Below, piece after piece: positions 58,729 to 64,000 of a stretch of DNA of 64,000 bases. Below the pieces are notes generated by a model. It had not been told where the DNA came from. It saw nothing but the letters and a program-made list of their open reading frames with translations, and did no database searches. The first letter of the stretch is position 1; each line of letters starts with the position of its first letter. This stretch comes from Candidatus Poribacteria bacterium (GTDB lineage Bacteria > Poribacteria > WGA-4E > WGA-3G): assembly GCA_965214095.1 (NCBI GenBank), contig OZ243938.1:608001-672000 (forward strand). The letters are read 5' to 3'. Position numbers and translations under genes: made by a program.

Positions 58729-58981
58729 GATAATACCATGCCTCGGACATTCATAGTAGTAGGCACACTCCGAGTGCCGTTCTTCATTGCTAATGATTTA
58801 TCAAAATTAATTCGTTAACCAATGTTGTTTTAGCAAATATTGTGCCATACAAGGAATTCAATCATATCAACAACTACCACCCTTTCATACATAATTTCAT
58901 GCACGTAAAGGTGCATACAGAAAATATAAAGCACATAATGGGGCAGGTTCCGAAACAAAGAAAGTCGGTGTGAGGTAATTT

Positions 58982-60850
58982 TCAGAGATTCTTTCGTATG
59001 TTTTCAGCAACGTTACGTGGTATGCCTTTCACTGAGAGAAGTTCGTCCAAACTCGCCTTCCGAATTGCATCTATTGAACCAAATTGTTGTAGTAATGCCT
59101 GCTTCCGTTTTGGCCCGATGTTAGGTATTTCATCAAGAACAGAGTCACTCAAGGCTTTATGCCTGAGTTTTCTGTGATATGTGATTGCAAATCGGTGTGC
59201 TTCATCCCTTAACCTTTGAATTAGATGTAACGTTGGATTGTCCTCCCGCAAAACAATTGGGTCAGGATTCCCCGGAACAAATATTTCTTCAATCCGCTTT
59301 GCTAAGGCAATCAGAGGGATTTGCGTTGGAACTGGATCAATTTTCGATTCTGAAAACGGTTTGAGTGCAGTTTGAACTGCATTCAATTGTCCTTTTCCAC
59401 CATCAATCAACATTAAATCCGGTAACTTACTAAATTTTTTATCGTCTGTCTCTGCGCGACGAAAACGACGTGTGATGACTTCCTGCATCATTGCATAGTC
59501 ATTCTGTCCAACAACATCTTTTATACGAAACTGACGATATTCACTGTTAGCAGGCTTTCCGTCTTCCAAAACAACCATTGAACCGACTGCATATCTATCA
59601 CCCAGATTAGAAATATCATAAGCCTCAATTCGTCTCAGCGGATGACTAATCTCAAGCAATTCCTGCAATTCCACCAATGCTGGATCAACATCACTACTTA
59701 ACACCACACTCTGTTCACGCTGCATAAGCAATACTTCAGCGTTTTTCATTGCCAAAGTCTGCAACCTTCTTAACCGACCTGCTTTTGCTACATGCAGTGA
59801 GACTTTATTTCCGCGCTTCTCACTGAGCCATTTTTCAATCAGTTCAACAGATTCAACCTGCCTTGGTAGCACAATCGTTTTGGGAACAAGCACAGCATTT
59901 TGATAATATTGTGAAACAAATGCACTGATGGCAGTTGGTATCTGTTCTGCATGTACATCATTTAAATAATAATGTTCCCGATCAAGCAGTTTTCCATCTC
60001 TAACATGTAAAACTTGCACACAGGCGACATCACCCAAACGGCTTTGCAGGTCATGCTGAAAAGCAGTTGCAATGCCTATCACATCCTCATCAACAGCAGA
60101 CACATTATCAAGACTTTGCTGTGATGAAACTGCTTGTTGGACATCGTTTAGCATGTCTCTATATTTCGCAGCAACTTCAAAATCAAGCGATTTTGCTGCA
60201 TCTTTCATTTGTTGCTTCAATTCTTTGACAACGGAGCCTGTGTTTCCTCCTAAGAATTGGCAAACTTTCTGAACGATCTTCTTATATTCTTGAACGTTTA
60301 TCAGATTAGCACACGGAGCTGGACACCTGCCAATATGATAGTCAAGACATGCACGATATTTGTTATTTATTTCTTCAAGAGGTAGCGTGCAGGTGCGGAT
60401 AGGAAAAAGTTTCGTCAACTGTTTGAGAACTTGTCGCGTGGAACGCACACGAACAAACGGACCAAAATATCGTGTTCCATCAGTGTCAGTTTTACGCGTT
60501 ATCATGATGCGTGGAAACGGTTCGTTTGTGGTGACACGGAGAAATGGATATCGTTTATCATCTTTCAGTTTTACATTGTATCGTGGTTGATGCGACTTAA
60601 TCAGATTGTTTTCAAGTATTAATGCTTCAATCTCATTACTCGTGACGATATAGTCTACCTCTATAACATACCGCATCATCTGGGCAGCAAGAGGGTTGTC
60701 AGTTAAGCCACTTTGCTGGAAATAGGAGCGAACACGGTTCCGTAGATTAACCGCTTTGCCAATGTAAATGGGTGAACCATCAGAGGCTTTCATCAGATAA
60801 ACCCCTGGTGCGTTAGGTAGAGATTGCCACATTTTTCCCTGATTTTCCAT
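58982..60850 (-). CDS. uvrC: Excinuclease ABC subunit C
   Basis: PGVYLM..YIGKAVNLRNRV (GIY-YIG), EAYDISN, IDGGKGQ, RDEAHRFA, HhH motifs. Confidence 0.97.
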   Translation of the reverse strand: MENQGKMWQSLPNAPGVYLMKASDGSPIYIGKAVNLRNRVRSYFQQSGLTDNPLAAQMMRYVIEVDYIVTSNEIEALILENNLIKSHQPRYNVKLKDDKRYPFLRVTTNEPFPRIMITRKTDTDGTRYFGPFVRVRSTRQVLKQLTKLFPIRTCTLPLEEINNKYRACLDYHIGRCPAPCANLINVQEYKKIVQKVCQFLGGNTGSVVKELKQQMKDAAKSLDFEVAAKYRDMLNDVQQAVSSQQSLDNVSAVDEDVIGIATAFQHDLQSRLGDVACVQVLHVRDGKLLDREHYYLNDVHAEQIPTAISAFVSQYYQNAVLVPKTIVLPRQVESVELIEKWLSEKRGNKVSLHVAKAGRLRRLQTLAMKNAEVLLMQREQSVVLSSDVDPALVELQELLEISHPLRRIEAYDISNLGDRYAVGSMVVLEDGKPANSEYRQFRIKDVVGQNDYAMMQEVITRRFRRAETDDKKFSKLPDLMLIDGGKGQLNAVQTALKPFSESKIDPVPTQIPLIALAKRIEEIFVPGNPDPIVLREDNPTLHLIQRLRDEAHRFAITYHRKLRHKALSDSVLDEIPNIGPKRKQALLQQFGSIDAIRKASLDELLSVKGIPRNVAENIRKNL

Positions 60851-60857
60851 GATTGTA

Positions 60858-61436
60858 TTATCTACCTATTAGTTTGACTTTGGCATAAATTGCTCGGAGT
60901 GCCAATTGACACTCAATAGATGCATTTATCATCACATCATTAAGAGAACGGTATTCCATTAATTTCCAATCCTCCTCTTGTCGTATATACTGTTCCACAC
61001 AGACATCGGACTGAGAAACAAGGATATATTCCTGTAAGGATTCAAGTGTTTGATAGGAATAAAATTTGCCGCGTCTATCATAATCCTCTGTTGAAGGCGA
61101 AAGCACCTCTACAACAACAGTTGGATTTAGTAAAGTATCAAAGTGTCCATCTTCAAAACGTGGTTCATCACACACAACGATTACATCTGGATAAGTGTAT
61201 AAACCACTATCACTTACTTTTACACGCATATCGTTTGTGTAAACTTCACATGTTTTATCCAAAAGTTGGATATGTAAGCCACTGGACACATTGACTGTAA
61301 TCAAATTATGATCACGACTCGCACCAGGCATCATAACAATCTGCCCGTTTCGGTATTCGCTTTTGAATTCAGCTTCCCGTTCCAAAATAATGTATTCTTC
61401 GGGTGTCAGTAGTTTTTTTTCTGGGATAGCAGACAC
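60858..61436 (-). CDS. Uma2/DUF820 family putative endonuclease; start likely GTG 61436
   Basis: EY..G, YPDVIVVC, VEVLSPST..YDR..KF..Y, LQEYILVSQ; AGGAG RBS before the GTG. Confidence 0.88.
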   Translation of the reverse strand: MSAIPEKKLLTPEEYIILEREAEFKSEYRNGQIVMMPGASRDHNLITVNVSSGLHIQLLDKTCEVYTNDMRVKVSDSGLYTYPDVIVVCDEPRFEDGHFDTLLNPTVVVEVLSPSTEDYDRRGKFYSYQTLESLQEYILVSQSDVCVEQYIRQEEDWKLMEYRSLNDVMINASIECQLALRAIYAKVKLIGR

Positions 61437-61449
61437 TGTTTTCTCCTGA

Positions 61450-62148
61450 TCACATCTTACCGTAGACAGCACGGTAGATTTTACGACCTTCTAATTGATA
61501 CTTATTTTCAAAGTTGGTTGTAATGTGCTGGTAATCATCTGTCTCATGTGAAACAGGTTTTAAATCTATCTGTTGAGCAAGACGTCCTTGGATTTCATCA
61601 AAATACTCTGCATAATCTGTAACCACATACAATCTACCACTATCCAATGACAACGTGCTTGACATTGCATCAAGAAATTCTCTATTTCGGAAGATTCGTC
61701 TTTTCTGCTGACGTACTTTTGGCCACGGATCGGGAAAATAGACATGGTATGCTTTTATTGAATTATCTGGTACATATCGCGAAAGAAAGTAATTTGCATC
61801 AGTCCATACAAGCCGAACATTCCCAAAAACACCTGAGTTTTTATCTACTGCGTAATGTCGTATGTATTTACGAAACCTTTGCCGTGTAAGTTCAACATAC
61901 TTTTGCGCGCGTTCAACACCTATAAAGTTAACATCAGCATACTGCTTTGAAGCCTCCAGAAGAAACCTGCCTTTACCAAATCCGACCTCAACTTCTACTG
62001 GATTTGTGTTGCCAAATAGGTCCTGCAAGTCAATTGGAGAGGACACTTCATTTAAAGAGATTGCATTGTCTTGCACAACGTCTATTATCTGCGAGTGTGA
62101 AGTTGTGCGTTGATAGAATAAGTCGTTATAACGTGGTTCTGCATTCAT
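61450..62148 (-). CDS. trmB: tRNA (guanine-N7)-methyltransferase
   Basis: EVGFGKGRF, FIGVE, FPDPWPK, TD..EY, TNFENKY. Confidence 0.9.
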   Translation of the reverse strand: MNAEPRYNDLFYQRTTSHSQIIDVVQDNAISLNEVSSPIDLQDLFGNTNPVEVEVGFGKGRFLLEASKQYADVNFIGVERAQKYVELTRQRFRKYIRHYAVDKNSGVFGNVRLVWTDANYFLSRYVPDNSIKAYHVYFPDPWPKVRQQKRRIFRNREFLDAMSSTLSLDSGRLYVVTDYAEYFDEIQGRLAQQIDLKPVSHETDDYQHITTNFENKYQLEGRKIYRAVYGKM

Positions 62149-62906
62149 GACTTATTAGTGATAAATTTATGTTGATGCGTCTTAATCAAGTTATCCTGCG
62201 GTTCATATCCTAACACATCAACCGCACCGCTGATGTCTAAATAACTCTGCTGGTATCCATCCGAATTTGCTGAACGTCCGTAGGTAATCAGATATTTGAC
62301 AGGTCCGTCATAGTCAACCGCTAACCTAAACAGTTGCTCACAATCACGTGGTGTGAGAAGTGTGCTGCAGTGTCGGATTCCATTCGGTTCATAAGTGCCG
62401 TTGAAACTACCGATACGTATACTGATAAACCGCATATTATATGCGTCTACGAGATAACGTCCAGCAATCTCAGCCATACCTTTCATCGCACCATACCAGC
62501 CATCAGGTCGGAATTGGTCACCCGTTGAAAATCGAGGTGGCGAACTTAATCTTTCATTCCAACCGGATACATGATTAGTACTTGCATAGACTATTTTCTG
62601 AATTCCACCTTCTCGTGCAGCCTCAAATATGTTCATTGAAACGTCAATGTCGTTAACATCCTCCGGTGAATTAACAGGGGAACTTTGATGGAGATAAGCC
62701 AGATGCACCAATACATCTTGATCTCTACATAACCTTTTCATCTCAGAATAATCTCTGATGTCTGCCATTGCTACCTGACTATTTGAACTTTGAATCGGTT
62801 TGATATCCAATAAGGTTAATGTATAGTTATCTTGTTTTTCCCATGCTTGCCAGAGCGTTGTACCAACCGTCCCCGCTGCACCTGTGATAAGTACTCTTTG
62901 TTTCAT
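62145..62906 (-). CDS. NAD-dependent epimerase/dehydrogenase (uronate-dehydrogenase-like)
   Basis: ITGAAGTVG; YASTNHV; RPDGWYGAMK; IRIGS. Confidence 0.85.
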   Translation of the reverse strand: MKQRVLITGAAGTVGTTLWQAWEKQDNYTLTLLDIKPIQSSNSQVAMADIRDYSEMKRLCRDQDVLVHLAYLHQSSPVNSPEDVNDIDVSMNIFEAAREGGIQKIVYASTNHVSGWNERLSSPPRFSTGDQFRPDGWYGAMKGMAEIAGRYLVDAYNMRFISIRIGSFNGTYEPNGIRHCSTLLTPRDCEQLFRLAVDYDGPVKYLITYGRSANSDGYQQSYLDISGAVDVLGYEPQDNLIKTHQHKFITNKS

Positions 62907-62918
62907 CTATTTCTTCAC

Positions 62919-64000
62919 CTATTCCGATGGCAATTCTGCCAAAATCTGATCCCGCACTTTTTGTCGATCCACAACGGGTTGCACATAAAAGCGATCGATC
63001 GCTTGTCCTCCCAAACCAGAACATTTACACATCTCAACGTTCAACTCCAATTTCGTCAGTATTCCACTAAAATAGTGGAGAAAACCGACCTTCTCTTCAC
63101 CTGTTACGACGATTTCTGTGTAATTCCTTGCTGATTCTACCGCAACATCATAAACCTTCCATGTGTCACTTAGGTTGACATACCGTTTCTCAAAAATCTC
63201 CTCAAGTGTGACCTCACCAGACATCAAGCTACGTATATCAAAATCTAAATCACGTTTCAGTTCTTCGTCAAGTGGGAGTGGTTCTGAAGATTGCTGTGCT
63301 GACTGATGCACAAGCCGATATATTTCCAACTCCAAGTTTGAATCCTGTTTGGTGTAGACGCGCGCATCACGCACATCTATGTTATTCGCAAAGAATAATC
63401 CACTGACCGTATGCAGTTTTCCGATACGACTATGACCACAAAGATGTAATTCCGTAAAACCTGGTTTATCTACAAACTGCAAACTCACCGCACCAGAAGT
63501 AGAATCGTTGTTCTCTGTGGTTGTTGCTTCTGCTTGAGTCATCATTTTCATGTGGATTGATATCTCTTCAGGGGCAACACCGATACGATAGGTGACAGGC
63601 ATCTGTTGAAGGAAATGCTGGAATTCTTCTGGGGGTGAGTATGTTCCCCATTGTGATTCTTCCGGTCCTACGAATCGCACACGAACAACTTCATATAATC
63701 GTTTGAGATTGTGCTTTACAAGATTGCTAAAGTTCTGTGCACCGTTCGCCATTGAATCACAATATGTCAACAGATAGAGTGCGGTTAGTCGTTCTAACGA
63801 ATTAACCTTCTCACAAAACTCCGTAATCGTCGGTTCATCCCATTGGTGATACCGTGCTAATGTGATCATTCTGAGATGCTCTCGTATCAGAAAGCAGATA
63901 TCCTCTGTCTGTTGAGAATTAAATCCAAATTCTGGTGCAATACGTTTCGCTTTTTCCGCGCCAGTTTCTGGGTGAGCAGGATCCGGTTTATCAATATCAT
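62919..64000 (-). CDS. glnD: GlnD-like uridylyltransferase, C-terminal part (HD domain + 2 ACT domains); 5' end outside the window
   Basis: Frame is open to the edge: DIDKPDPAHPETGA..FLIREHLRM, LYLLTYCD, then two ACT-like domains ending AIDRFYV. Confidence 0.7.
   Translation of the reverse strand, partial: DIDKPDPAHPETGAEKAKRIAPEFGFNSQQTEDICFLIREHLRMITLARYHQWDEPTITEFCEKVNSLERLTALYLLTYCDSMANGAQNFSNLVKHNLKRLYEVVRVRFVGPEESQWGTYSPPEEFQHFLQQMPVTYRIGVAPEEISIHMKMMTQAEATTTENNDSTSGAVSLQFVDKPGFTELHLCGHSRIGKLHTVSGLFFANNIDVRDARVYTKQDSNLELEIYRLVHQSAQQSSEPLPLDEELKRDLDFDIRSLMSGEVTLEEIFEKRYVNLSDTWKVYDVAVESARNYTEIVVTGEEKVGFLHYFSGILTKLELNVEMCKCSGLGGQAIDRFYVQPVVDRQKVRDQILAELPSE

Noticed and set aside
60858-61436. 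Uma2 nuclease as the restriction partner of the 3888 methyltransferase
   Set aside because: It is 56 kb away, and Uma2 proteins are a commonly expanded stand-alone family.
4995-62148. Genome-wide TGA reassignment (genetic code 4 or 25) as the explanation for read-through
   Set aside because: TGA ends several genes at their expected C-termini (coxIII 4995, ABC permease 10962, sulfatase 39088, uvrC 58982, trmB 61450), and Trp is encoded by TGG in the codons I read.
1-64000. tRNA, rRNA, tRNA-Sec or autonomous transposase genes
   Set aside because: None recognisable by eye in the intergenic regions; a covariance-model search would be needed to exclude small RNAs.

Overview
AT-rich bacterial window, most likely from Candidatus Poribacteria or a related lineage. 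That assignment is an inference from two secreted proteins ending in a 'KL..xWxxIK/LK' tail and from a Planctomycete-type DUF1501 cassette. Bases 1-27054 hold a single-strand (minus) respiratory supercluster: a Rieske/cytochrome b6-type complex with an octaheme cytochrome, a CydA-like module lacking CydB with c-type cytochromes and two cupredoxin-like proteins, and an A1-type aa3 oxidase with heme O/A synthases and SCO. An orphan DNA methyltransferase sits inside the cox operon and a USP/PCP_red/rubredoxin fusion runs off the left edge. Bases 29293-42241 hold a DUF1501 / DUF1549-1553 / PPC / cytochrome c-WD40 cassette with interspersed genes. The right part carries housekeeping and envelope genes (thrS, lpoB, iscS, uvrC, trmB, glnD-like). 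The main hidden signal is two ORFs that the track splits at in-frame TGA codons which look like selenocysteine. One is a cytochrome c-WD40 protein ending in an HMA domain with GMT-U-SA-C. The other is a secreted discoidin-like protein with a vicinal C-U pair. Each TGA is followed by a SECIS-like hairpin capped by a GGN loop. Intergenic DNA is full of MITE-like shells carrying interchangeable GTAG-type REP hairpins, some nested with clear target-site duplications.
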